A stretch of DNA of 52,564 bases, from assembly GCA_963635025.1 (NCBI GenBank), contig CAVHFC010000005.1:1-52564 (forward strand), in the 5' to 3' direction. Below, in pieces: positions 40,044 to 49,401 of the stretch. The DNA comes from Eubacterium sp. CAG:786 (GTDB taxonomy: Bacteria > Actinomycetota > Coriobacteriia > Coriobacteriales > Eggerthellaceae). The notes beneath the pieces were generated by a model. It was not told where the DNA came from. It ran no database searches and saw nothing but the letters and a program-made list of their open reading frames with translations. The position numbers and the translations under genes are program-made. Position 1 is the stretch's first letter; every line of letters begins with the position of its first letter.

Positions 40044-40961
40044 ATGGGCAAGGAACTTCCCGCAGCGTTCTATAAAGCCGCAATAGTGTTTGCGACTGTT
40101 ATCTGGGGATATTCGTTCGTGGCGATGAAGGATATGGTGGCCGTGCTGCCGCCATCCTGGTTGCTGGGCTTTCGATTCCTGATAGCCGGAGTCGTGCTGG
40201 GCGTTGCGCTGCAAAGGCGCGTGCGGAGGTTCTTCTCGCGCAAGGTGCTCGTCATGGGCTTTGCGCTTGCCGTTGCGGACTTCAGCGCGTTCTGGACGCA
40301 AACCGTCGGGCTTCAGCACACCACACCCGGCATCAACGCGTTTTTGACGGCAACGTACTGCGTCATCGTTCCCTTCCTGTGGTGGATCGTTGCACGCCGC
40401 CGGCCGACGGTTTTCAATATCGGCGCTGCGGTGCTTGCGCTGGTGGGCATTTGGCTGGTGTCGGTGACGAGCGGAGGCCTGACCATAGGCTTCGGCGAGG
40501 GCATGACACTGGTGTGTGCGGTGCTGTTCGCGACTCACTTGGTGCTGGTGTCGAAGTTCACGAACTTCGCCGATGCGCTGACCTTGACCGTCGTGCAGTT
40601 TTTGTTCGAGGGCGTGCTGGGCTGCGCGCTCGGCGCGGCAACGGAAACGTTCCCCGGCTTTTCCGTCTTCACGCCCGCAGTCACAGGACAACTTCTGTTC
40701 TTGGCAATCTTCTCAACGGTGATCGCGTTCGGCATCCAGAACGTCTCGCTCGCCCATGTGCCGCCCGCACAAGCGTCGCTGTTCTTGAGCTTGGAGTCGG
40801 TGTTCGGCGTGGTGTTCAGCGTCGTCCTGTACGGCGAGCAGCTGACCTGCCGCCTTCTGATAGGATTCGCGCTCATCTTCTGCGCTATCGTGATCAGCGA
40901 AACGTTTCCGCTGAAGAAGAGCGGAAAAGGTGATGGAAACAGGACCGACGCCGCTGCGTGA
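40044..40961 (+). CDS. DMT/EamA family transporter
   Basis: About 10 TM; IWGYSF, FRFLIAG, QTVGLQHT, LESVFG. Confidence 0.9.
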   Translation: MGKELPAAFYKAAIVFATVIWGYSFVAMKDMVAVLPPSWLLGFRFLIAGVVLGVALQRRVRRFFSRKVLVMGFALAVADFSAFWTQTVGLQHTTPGINAFLTATYCVIVPFLWWIVARRRPTVFNIGAAVLALVGIWLVSVTSGGLTIGFGEGMTLVCAVLFATHLVLVSKFTNFADALTLTVVQFLFEGVLGCALGAATETFPGFSVFTPAVTGQLLFLAIFSTVIAFGIQNVSLAHVPPAQASLFLSLESVFGVVFSVVLYGEQLTCRLLIGFALIFCAIVISETFPLKKSGKGDGNRTDAAA

Positions 40962-41004
40962 TACAATGCCTGCGAACAAGAGAAACCCAGTGGGAGGAGC
41001 CATC

Positions 41005-41544
41005 ATGGCGGAAAAGAACAACGTCGTTTTGATCGGTATGCCCGGTTCGGGAAAGTCGACGTTGGGTATCGTGCTGGCGAAGATCCTGAACAAGGACTTC
41101 ATCGACGCGGACATCGTGATCCAGAACCAGTGCGATAAGACGCTGCAGAAAATCATCGACGCGCTCGGCCCCGAGGGCTTCATTCAGGTGGAGAACCAGA
41201 TCCTCGGCGACCTGAAGGCCACGAACAGCATCGTTGCCACCGGCGGTTCCGCGGTGTATTCCGACGAGGCGATGAAGCACCTTTCCGAGATCGGCACGGT
41301 GGTGTACCTGAAGATCTCCTACGATCAGCTGGTGGATCGCCTGAGCGACCTGCAGGAGCGCGGCGTGGTGCTCAAGGGCGGCATCGGCATGAGCCTGCGC
41401 GAGCTGTTCGACGAGCGCAAGCCGCTGTACGAGAAGTACGCCGAGATCACGGTGGACGTGAACGACCTGTCTATCACGGCGGCGGCACGCAAGGTGGCCG
41501 ATGCGCTGGTGAAGTCGGGCGTCGCGGAAGCAGAGGCTCTCTAA
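41005..41544 (+). CDS. aroK: Shikimate kinase
   Basis: LIGMPGSGKST, DAD, ATGGS, ERKPLYEKYA; SD GGAGG. Confidence 0.9.
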   Translation: MAEKNNVVLIGMPGSGKSTLGIVLAKILNKDFIDADIVIQNQCDKTLQKIIDALGPEGFIQVENQILGDLKATNSIVATGGSAVYSDEAMKHLSEIGTVVYLKISYDQLVDRLSDLQERGVVLKGGIGMSLRELFDERKPLYEKYAEITVDVNDLSITAAARKVADALVKSGVAEAEAL

Positions 41545-41585
41545 ACCATTTGCCGTTTGATTCGCCGCTTAATTTAGCTGCATGA

Positions 41586-41623
41586 GCGAAGAAGCCCCCG
41601 GAACGTCCCGGGGGCTTCTTCGC
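41586..41623. terminator. Bidirectional hairpin between convergent aroK and AGCS genes
   Basis: GCGAAGAAGCCCCCGG-N6-CCGGGGGCTTCTTCGC. Confidence 0.8.
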
Positions 41624-41656
41624 GTTTGGCTTGCTTGTAGGCAGCGTCAGTGCGTC

Positions 41657-43192
41657 TTACGCGTTCGCTTTCGCGCCCAAGCTGTCGGTGAGGCCGTCGA
41701 TCGGGGGCACGGCCTCATGGTCGACGTGCGGCTCCATCTTGGTTTCGTCGCCGTCGGCATCCTTCAGGCGGCGGAAGAAGTCCTTCGTCTCGCGGGCAAC
41801 CACGCCGGACAGCACGATCAGGGCGATCATGTTCGGGATGGCCATGCACGCGTTGAAGATGTCGGCGATGGTCCACACGGCGGAAACGGTCATGTAAGGG
41901 CCGATGAAAACGGCGGCAATGTAGAGCCAGCGGTACACCATGACGGCCTTCTGCGAACCGTTGCTGAAGTACTCAAGGCAACGCTCGCCGTAGTAGTCCC
42001 AGCCCAGGATGGTGGTGAAGCCGAACAGCGCCAGGCAGGCCATCACGACGAAGGCCACAACCTGCGACGGGATGAACGGCAGACCGGCCTGGAATGCGGC
42101 CGTGGTCACCGCGGCGCCCTCCAGCCCGGGGATTTGGTAGGCGCCGGTCATGACGAGCGCCAGGCCGGTCATGGAGCACACGATGATGGTGTCCAGGAAC
42201 GTGCCGGTCATGGACACGAGACCCTGGCGAACCGGTTCCTTCGTCTGTGCAGCAGCGGCGGCGATAGGCGCGGAGCCGAGGCCGGCCTCGTTGGAGAAGA
42301 TGCCGCGGGCGATGCCCTTCTGCATGGCGATGATGATGGCGCCGAGCGCTCCACCGGCGGCAGCGCGCAGGCCGAAGGCGCTTTCAACGATGACGACGAA
42401 CGCGCCGGGGATCTTGTCGAAGTTCGTCACCACCAAGATGAGCGAGAAGCCGACGTAGAGCACCACCATGGCGGGAATGACGCGCTCGGAAACCTTGGCG
42501 ATGCGCTGGATGCCACCGATGACCACGAGGCCCACCAGCACGGCAACTACCAGGCCGCCGATGACCGTCGCCCAGGAGTAATCCATGCCCAAGATGCTCA
42601 CCGTGGCGGCCTTATCGGGGTCGAAGAAGCCCGTTACCGCCGAAGAGATGGAATTGACCTGGGTAAACGTTCCGATGCCGAACAGGCCGACGCACATTCC
42701 GAAGAACGCGAAGATCTTTGCCAGCCACCTCCAGCTGATCTTCGGCAGGCGCTTGCCCATGCCGCGCTCGATGTAGTAGAACGGACCGCCGAGCACGTGC
42801 CCTGTCTTCTCGTCGACGCTGCGGTACTTCACGGCAAGAAGACCCTCGGAGTATTTGGTGGCCATGCCGAACAGCGCTGCCACCCACATCCAGAACATGG
42901 CGCCAGGGCCGCCGGCCACGATAGCGGTGGCCACGCCGACGATGTTGCCCGTTCCGATGGTGGCTGAAAGCGCGGTGCACAGCGCGCCGAAGCTGGAAAC
43001 CTCGCCGGTGCCGTCTTCCTCGTTCTTCACCATGTAGCGCAGTGCGCGCGGGAGCTGCCTGAACTGCAGGCCCGCCAGGCGCACCGTCAGCAAGATGCCG
43101 CCGGCGAGGATCAGCGCCATCAGGGGCACGCCCCACATAAAGTCGTCGATTGCCGTCAACAAGGTGTTGAAGGCGTCGAAAAATCCTTCCAC
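41657..43192 (-). CDS. Alanine/glycine:cation symporter (AGCS family)
   Basis: TIGTGNIVGVA, GGPGAMFWMW, RGIFSNEAGLGS, DTIIVC; GTG start after SD AAAGGAG. Confidence 0.93.
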   Translation of the reverse strand: MEGFFDAFNTLLTAIDDFMWGVPLMALILAGGILLTVRLAGLQFRQLPRALRYMVKNEEDGTGEVSSFGALCTALSATIGTGNIVGVATAIVAGGPGAMFWMWVAALFGMATKYSEGLLAVKYRSVDEKTGHVLGGPFYYIERGMGKRLPKISWRWLAKIFAFFGMCVGLFGIGTFTQVNSISSAVTGFFDPDKAATVSILGMDYSWATVIGGLVVAVLVGLVVIGGIQRIAKVSERVIPAMVVLYVGFSLILVVTNFDKIPGAFVVIVESAFGLRAAAGGALGAIIIAMQKGIARGIFSNEAGLGSAPIAAAAAQTKEPVRQGLVSMTGTFLDTIIVCSMTGLALVMTGAYQIPGLEGAAVTTAAFQAGLPFIPSQVVAFVVMACLALFGFTTILGWDYYGERCLEYFSNGSQKAVMVYRWLYIAAVFIGPYMTVSAVWTIADIFNACMAIPNMIALIVLSGVVARETKDFFRRLKDADGDETKMEPHVDHEAVPPIDGLTDSLGAKANA

Positions 43193-43378
43193 AGATAACT
43201 CCTTTGATATTGTCTCTCTCCCAAGCAATTTACAAGGCGAAACCCCGGGTGAGCGCGAATGGCAGCCGCGCGTTACTGCCGTGCGCATCAAGCGGGGCTT
43301 TGGGGATATGAGGTTGTGGAAAGGATTAGTGAAACACAAGCTTGAAGCTGCGGTCTCGCGACAAGCCCGGAGGCTTTT

Positions 43379-43492
43379 CTCTGTCCTTTTGCCTGAGAGT
43401 TTCAACGGTACGGTTCGCCGCAAAAGCGGCTCGGCATTGCTGCCTGCGTACGTCTTGCCCCTTCGGCACCCATAACCTGGGATTCTCCAGAG
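43379..43492 (-). ncRNA. Glycine riboswitch (single aptamer)
   Basis: Minus strand CTCTGGAGA...GCCGAAGGGGCAA...AAACTCTCAGGCAAAAGGACAGAG upstream of the AGCS gene. Confidence 0.9.
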
Positions 43493-43788
43493 GCCCCTAC
43501 ATGCCCTGTTCCGAAGGTTCAGGCCATGTCAACGGGGTGACGCTATGAAATTGTGGGAAGAACAGTAACAGCAGGGAAACGGATTGTAAACACCCTATTT
43601 ACCTAGGAACACTATTTTATGGGACAGATGGCTGGTTTTGGGGCGTAAGGTGTTTCGACGCTGTTTCGAGCTGCGGGTTTGCCGTTACAATGATGGCTTG
43701 CTGGTTGTGGCGTGCGAGGCGCCTCGCCAGGGCGTTTCGAGTGCTCCGAGTGCTTCGATCGGGTGGTTCCGAGGGAAAGGGATGGCGT

Positions 43789-44268
43789 ATGAGGTTCACC
43801 GTGGTGGCTGTGGGGAAGCTGAAAGAACGCTTCTGGGCGGACGCGTGCGCTGAATATCTCAAGCGCCTGCAGCCGTATGCGAAAACCGAAGTGCGCGAAA
43901 TCGCCGACATCGATCCGCGCAAGGCCGGTGGTGTCGACCAGGCGCGCACCAAGGAAGGCGAGCATATTTGCGCCGAGCTGGCCAAACTGGGAGCCGACAC
44001 GCATGTGGTGCTGCTTGCCATCGACGGCAAGCAGCGGTCGAGCGAAGGGCTGTCCAAGCGCCTTGATAACCTGATGCTGCAAGGCGTGAGCTCCTTCGCG
44101 TTCGTCATCGGCGGGTCGGATGGCGTCAGCGACGCGGTTCGTGCCCGTGCCGACGAGCTGCTTTCGTTCGGCGAAATCACCCTCCCCCACAATCTTGCAC
44201 GCGTGGTTTTGCTGGAGCAGCTGTATCGCGCGCAGAAGATATCGAAGGGTGAGCCGTACCACAAGTAG
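43789..44268 (+). CDS. rlmH: 23S rRNA pseudouridine-1915 N3-methyltransferase RlmH
   Basis: VGKLKE, EYLKRL, FVIGGSDG, TLPHNLARVVLLEQLYRA..I..GEPYHK. Confidence 0.96.
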   Translation: MRFTVVAVGKLKERFWADACAEYLKRLQPYAKTEVREIADIDPRKAGGVDQARTKEGEHICAELAKLGADTHVVLLAIDGKQRSSEGLSKRLDNLMLQGVSSFAFVIGGSDGVSDAVRARADELLSFGEITLPHNLARVVLLEQLYRAQKISKGEPYHK

Positions 44269-44443
44269 GCGTTGCGCGTGCGGAATGCGCTTCTCATCTG
44301 CAATTATCCTAAAAACAGAATAGTTAGCGATCGGTCACATTTGAGAATCGCGTTATGCAACAGATGAAAAGCAATCTATGGCTAACTTTGTGTGCAAAGA
44401 GTGTTTTCTGAGGCAAACATCATTAGGTTCACAAAACTGGGAC

Positions 44444-44471
44444 GTGACATTTGTTACCTCACCCATACAAT
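44444..44471 (+). promoter_or_regulatory. Candidate sigma70 promoter of the FMN-protein operon
   Basis: GTGACA-N16-TACAAT in the AT-rich spacer after rlmH. Confidence 0.45.
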
Positions 44472-44584
44472 GCTCTACGTGTTAATGCCGCCTTACTTGG
44501 CCTCCGGGCCGGTGGCGGAATGGCGAAGTGCGGAGGGCGTGATATTGCGCCGCTCTCATCGACAAGAAAGAGAAAGGAATGCGG

Positions 44585-47044
44585 ATGATCGAACGCAATG
44601 CAGTTCGTCTGCAGCTGCAGCATGCCGGCAACGTTGCCTCCAAGAGCATGCTTGCCGCAGCGCTGACGCTGTCGCTGAGCCCGGCGATTGCCCTGGCGCA
44701 GCAAAACGAAGGGGCAGCCGGCTTAGATGCTACCAACACTGAAACGGCTGCCCCCCAAACGAGTGAAGGTGCGGAAACCTCCAGCTCAGCTGTTGAGTAT
44801 ACGCTTTCCGGCGCAAGCGCGGAAAGCCTTGCGGCCGCTTCTTCATACGACCTGGCGAAGATCGCCGACGGCACGTATGAGGGCAGCTGCGTCATCGCTG
44901 ACAACGGCGATGCGCAAAACGACGACGAATGGGCCGGCTACACCACCATCGTCAAGGTGACGGTTGCCAACCATAAGATCACCGCCGTTGACGTGACGCG
45001 CAACGAGCCTTCCGAGAGCGCCCCGTACGTGAAGAAGGCCATCGAAGGCACGAAGAAGCAGGCCACGGGCGTTCCGGGCCAGATCGTCGCCGCTAACAGC
45101 ACGGATAGCATCGAGGTCATTTCCGGCGCCACCTACAGCAGCAACGCCATCAAGTCGGCTGTCGACGACGCGCTGGCCAAGGCCGCCACGGCAACGCCTT
45201 CCGATGAGTACACGTATGGCTTCGCCGCGCTCACCTGGACCGAATACTGGCAAGGCGAGGGTGTTTACAACGCCGACGACACCGCATCGAGCACCATCAA
45301 GGACTCCCATAACGAGCTTGACAAGGGCGGCTACGACGTGGTGACGCGCGCGACCACGAATCACGGCATGCATCGCGGCAGCTACCAGTGCTCCACCACG
45401 GTTGAAACCGAAGAGGGCCAGACGTTCGAGATCTCCTATTGGCCGGCCGAAGGCAAGGGCGCCACGTTCGTGACCACCGACGGCAAGACCGTCACCAAGG
45501 CAACCAACAAGGAAACCAAGGTTACGACGCTGACCTGCGACGGGAAGACCTACACGTTCAAGGATTACGACGTCACGGGCATCAAGTACGTGCCGGTGAA
45601 GGTGAAGACCTCCGACCTGGATGCGTTCAAGGAGAAGTACAGCTTCGTTGCCAACGGTGAGACGCTGCAGGGTGGTTACGGTGAGGGCAAGCTTTCCTCC
45701 TACACCGGGCTTGTGGCCGACGTGGACGCCGACACGAACAACCTGAAGACGGCGACGAAGACCGCCGACGGCTTCGAGTTTTCCGCTAACGCCTCCGGCA
45801 AGGATTCCGGCATCAAGGACCAGGAGCTGAAGACCGTCGATCTGTCCACGAAGGGCTTCACGCTGAAGTCGGGCGATGACATCGGAAGCTACGGCGAGTT
45901 CATCCGCGTCGACTTCACCGAGGATTTCGGTGATCTGGGCGCAAATATGCAGGCTGTGACCTGGACTTACTACGGTAACGACACCACGGCGACCACGCCG
46001 CTTGCCACCTACGGCACCAAGTTCGCGGCCGACAACTGGATGCATAAGGCCATGGGCATCCAGCTTGGCCTGACCGAATCGTATCGCTGTCAGCTGCCCG
46101 AGGGCACCGACGGCACCGGCACGTGGAAGGTGACCGTGCATGCGTTGGGCTACGAGGACGCTTCGATCACGTTCAACGCCACGGCCGATAACGTCAAGTT
46201 CGAGGTCTCCCCGGTAACCGACGAGACGAAGGCGAACCTTCAGATCGTCTACGACAAGGCTGCCGAAAAGGTTGAGTCCGACTACACCGCTGACTCCTGG
46301 AAGGAATTCGTCGTCGAGCGCGATGAGACCAAGGAGCTGCTTGCTAAGGAATCCCTGGGTGAGGCCGAAGCTGCTGAGCAGGTGAAGCATCTGCAGCAGG
46401 CGATGGACAACCTGGTTGAATACGTGCCGAGCTTCCCCGATGTGAACCCCGATGACCCGAGCGCCTGGTATGCCGAAGCCGTGCAGTTCATCGCCAAGAA
46501 GGGCCTGATGATCGGCTACGAAAACGGCAACTTCGGCGTGGGCGATTCCATGAAGCGCGCCCAGCTGGTCACGTCGCTGTGGCGCTACAGCGACCCCACC
46601 GCCGAGGCCGCCTACGACATGACCGACGCGAAGAGCGACAACGGATACAACGACGTCGCAGACAATCAGTACTTCACCGGGGCTGCCAACTGGGCGTATG
46701 CCAAGGGCGTTGTTGCTGGTTGGGAAAACGCCGACGGCACGCGCAGCTTCCTTCCCGCTAAGGAGCTTTCCTTCGAAGAGGCTGTTTGCATGATGGTGAA
46801 CATGCTGGCCGATGACAAGGAAGTCGAAGCTATCGATGCCGATAAGGTGCTGTCGAAGTTCGCGGACGCCGATACCGTGAGCACCTGGGCGAAGCAGAGC
46901 GTCGCGTGGGCCGTTGAGCACGGCCTGGTGAACGGCTACGGCAAGGGCGACGAACCGCGCACCATCGCTGCTGACGAAGTGGTGAGCCGCGAGCGCGGCG
47001 CTGCGGTGCTGTTCAACGCCTACGAGAACGGTTTCTTCAAGTAG
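44585..47044 (+). CDS. Secreted S-layer-anchored protein: FMN-binding domain + Tp47-like domains + FIVAR-like helix + 3 SLH
   Basis: Signal peptide ending ALA; DGTYEGS...EVISGATYSS; Tp47-like LTWTEYW...YDVVTRATTNHG and YGTKFAADNWMHK; SLH repeats (FPDV...WY.EAV, YNDV, FADADTVSTWAK). Confidence 0.8.
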   Translation: MIERNAVRLQLQHAGNVASKSMLAAALTLSLSPAIALAQQNEGAAGLDATNTETAAPQTSEGAETSSSAVEYTLSGASAESLAAASSYDLAKIADGTYEGSCVIADNGDAQNDDEWAGYTTIVKVTVANHKITAVDVTRNEPSESAPYVKKAIEGTKKQATGVPGQIVAANSTDSIEVISGATYSSNAIKSAVDDALAKAATATPSDEYTYGFAALTWTEYWQGEGVYNADDTASSTIKDSHNELDKGGYDVVTRATTNHGMHRGSYQCSTTVETEEGQTFEISYWPAEGKGATFVTTDGKTVTKATNKETKVTTLTCDGKTYTFKDYDVTGIKYVPVKVKTSDLDAFKEKYSFVANGETLQGGYGEGKLSSYTGLVADVDADTNNLKTATKTADGFEFSANASGKDSGIKDQELKTVDLSTKGFTLKSGDDIGSYGEFIRVDFTEDFGDLGANMQAVTWTYYGNDTTATTPLATYGTKFAADNWMHKAMGIQLGLTESYRCQLPEGTDGTGTWKVTVHALGYEDASITFNATADNVKFEVSPVTDETKANLQIVYDKAAEKVESDYTADSWKEFVVERDETKELLAKESLGEAEAAEQVKHLQQAMDNLVEYVPSFPDVNPDDPSAWYAEAVQFIAKKGLMIGYENGNFGVGDSMKRAQLVTSLWRYSDPTAEAAYDMTDAKSDNGYNDVADNQYFTGAANWAYAKGVVAGWENADGTRSFLPAKELSFEEAVCMMVNMLADDKEVEAIDADKVLSKFADADTVSTWAKQSVAWAVEHGLVNGYGKGDEPRTIAADEVVSRERGAAVLFNAYENGFFK

Positions 47045-47191
47045 GAAGCTGTTTGCGCAGGTAAGACGCGCGATCGAAAGATAACGGAGGTGGGCGCTGC
47101 GATGGTGCTCGCCTCCGAAAGCATGGGGAGGAGGCGCCGGGGCGCCCCTTCCCCATGCGGCGTTTTAAAGGATGCATGATTGAGGACGGGT

Positions 47192-48868
47192 ATGACTGAA
47201 GAGAAGAACGGAGCTGACGTGGTCGAGCAGGCGGCTGCGGGCGAGGCTTCCTCGAGGATGCGCGACGTTGCGAAGAAGGCGGCATCGGCCGGTTTCCTCA
47301 TGCCGTCGGTGCTGGTGGGGGCTGTTGTCGCCTTGGTGGTGGCGCAGTATCAGCCGCTCGTGTTCGACGCTTCGGCATATCCCGCGGCCGAGCAGGCAAG
47401 CGCGACGGAGATGAAGCCGGTCGAGGTGACCTCCGAGCGCCAGAGCGATCAGCCTGCGACGGGCGTAAGCTACAACGCCTCCGATTACGGTGTGGATGCG
47501 ACGAACCTCAAAGACGGCACCTATACCGGTTCGGGCCAGGGTTACAAGTCCACCATCACGGTGGAGGTGACCATCGCAGGCGGCAAGATCACGGCTATCG
47601 AGGTTGTGTCGCAGGACGATGACGAGCCGTACTTCAGCAACGCGAAGACGCTCATTTCCCAGGTCATCGCCAAGCAGTCCACGTCGGTGGACACGGTGTC
47701 GGGTGCCACGTATTCATCGAAGGGCATTTTAGTGGCTATCAAGAATGCGCTCGATAAGGCGGCCGGTGGCTTGGGAAGCGAGACCAACGCTGGCGGGCAG
47801 GCGGCCTCGGCGGGGACGTCGACGGATTCCGCGAAGCAGCATGCGACTTTGAATCCGACCGCGGTGCCTGCTAGTGGCTACCTTGACGGAACCTATACAG
47901 GTTCGGGCGAGGGCTACAAATCCACCATCGCGGTGGCGGTGACCATCGCGGGCGGCAAGATTTCCCAGATAGATGTGGTGTCGCAAGATGACGATGCTGA
48001 GTATTTCTCACGTGCGAAGGGCTTGATTTCGCAGGTGGTTGCCCAGCAGTCGACCGCAGTGGACGTGGTGTCGGGCGCGACGTTTTCTTCGGAGGGCATC
48101 TTGTCGGCCATCGAGGACGCGCTTTCCAAGGCGGTGCGCGACGGCGGCAGCAGCGATAGCGGCAACGATGGCGGTTCCGAAAACGGCGCTTCCGCGGGCG
48201 ACGACGGAAAAGCGGACGGCAACAACGGGAGCGCCGACGGGAAAGACGATGGCGGCAAAAAGGATGATTCCGGTGACGAGGATTCTGCGACCGGGTACCT
48301 TGACGGCGACTATCCCGTGTTCGTGAAGTGCTTCAACGAGGAAGACGAAGAGGAATTCGAGCCGTATTACCTTGCCATGACCGTGACGGTGAGCGGCGGC
48401 AAGGCGACAGCCATTTCCAGCCTTCATGGCAGTGAAACCGGTGCGGCAGGCGATGCGGTGCTCGGAGAATACGATACCGCTAACGATCTGTATCTGAATT
48501 GGGCGGCCAACGGGCGCACCATCAAGGGCGTGCAACATGCCGGCGTGGTGACGCAGCTGATCGACCAGCACAAAAGCCCCGCGAACATCGACGTGGTGAG
48601 CCGCGCGACCTACTCCTCGCGCGCTATCGCCAACGCGTACGCCAAGGCGATGGAGCTGGCGAAGCAGGCTTACGAGCGCGCTCATGCGGCGAAGGTTGAC
48701 GGGAGCGCCGAAGCGGTGACGCCGGTTGAAGGGGAAGACACCGCGGCCCCGACGGATGCCGAAGAGGCGAAGCCGGCAGACGACGGTGCTGCCAGCCCGA
48801 CAGGCGAGCCCGAGGGGTCTGTTGCCGCGCCTTCGGCCGACCTCAAGGATGTGAGCGGCCGTGGGTAG
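47192..48868 (+). CDS. Membrane-anchored protein with three FMN-binding (flavinylation) domains
   Basis: N-terminal TM; DGTYTGSGQGY...DTVSGATYSS, DVVSGATFSS, DVVSRATYSS, separated by low-complexity linkers. Confidence 0.88.
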   Translation: MTEEKNGADVVEQAAAGEASSRMRDVAKKAASAGFLMPSVLVGAVVALVVAQYQPLVFDASAYPAAEQASATEMKPVEVTSERQSDQPATGVSYNASDYGVDATNLKDGTYTGSGQGYKSTITVEVTIAGGKITAIEVVSQDDDEPYFSNAKTLISQVIAKQSTSVDTVSGATYSSKGILVAIKNALDKAAGGLGSETNAGGQAASAGTSTDSAKQHATLNPTAVPASGYLDGTYTGSGEGYKSTIAVAVTIAGGKISQIDVVSQDDDAEYFSRAKGLISQVVAQQSTAVDVVSGATFSSEGILSAIEDALSKAVRDGGSSDSGNDGGSENGASAGDDGKADGNNGSADGKDDGGKKDDSGDEDSATGYLDGDYPVFVKCFNEEDEEEFEPYYLAMTVTVSGGKATAISSLHGSETGAAGDAVLGEYDTANDLYLNWAANGRTIKGVQHAGVVTQLIDQHKSPANIDVVSRATYSSRAIANAYAKAMELAKQAYERAHAAKVDGSAEAVTPVEGEDTAAPTDAEEAKPADDGAASPTGEPEGSVAAPSADLKDVSGRG

Positions 48869-49400
48869 TTTTCTGCTGCGTAAGCGCAATTTCATCCTGA
48901 AGGCCGCCAACGTAGCTGTCGTCGTCGCACTCGTTGCATGGTTCAGCACCTGGGCTGCCGAGACGAACCAAGCCGACGCGCAGGTGCAGCAGCAAATCCT
49001 CGAAGCGCAGAAGGCCGCAAGTCGCGGACCCTTCCCCGTTGACGGAACGTTCACGGGCAGCGCCCAGGGCTACGGCGGCCCGGTAACCACGCAGGTGACC
49101 ATTGAGGGCGGCTACCTAGAGAACGTGCAGGTCATCGCCGCGCCGAACGAGGACGGGCCGTATCTGGAGCAGGCGGTGAAGCTCATCGACGACATGCTCA
49201 TGAAGCAAACGCCGAACGTCGATGTGGTGTCGGGCGCGACGTTCAGCTCCGCAGGCATCATCAACGGCGTTATCCAGGCTATCGACTCTGCTGGTTCGGA
49301 TGAGGGCTCGGGCGCTGGCGCGGCAACGGTCGGCTCGGCGTCGGCGAGCGCTGCGCCCGCCGGCGATGCATCCGCTTCCGCCACGCAAGGCGGTGCATAG
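48861..49400 (+). CDS. Single FMN-binding domain membrane protein
   Basis: N-terminal TM; DGTFTGSAQGYGG...DVVSGATFSS. Confidence 0.88.
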   Translation: MGSFLLRKRNFILKAANVAVVVALVAWFSTWAAETNQADAQVQQQILEAQKAASRGPFPVDGTFTGSAQGYGGPVTTQVTIEGGYLENVQVIAAPNEDGPYLEQAVKLIDDMLMKQTPNVDVVSGATFSSAGIINGVIQAIDSAGSDEGSGAGAATVGSASASAAPAGDASASATQGGA

Positions 49401-49401
49401 C

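Noticed and set aside
44251..44268. SCCmec-like element integrated at the rlmH 3' end
   Set aside because: No recombinase and no second att copy within the window; kept only as a hypothesis.
45200..46200. Tp47-like region as a beta-lactam resistance gene
   Set aside because: Context (ApbE, FMN domains, NapH-like protein) points to a redox role; no evidence for a resistance function.
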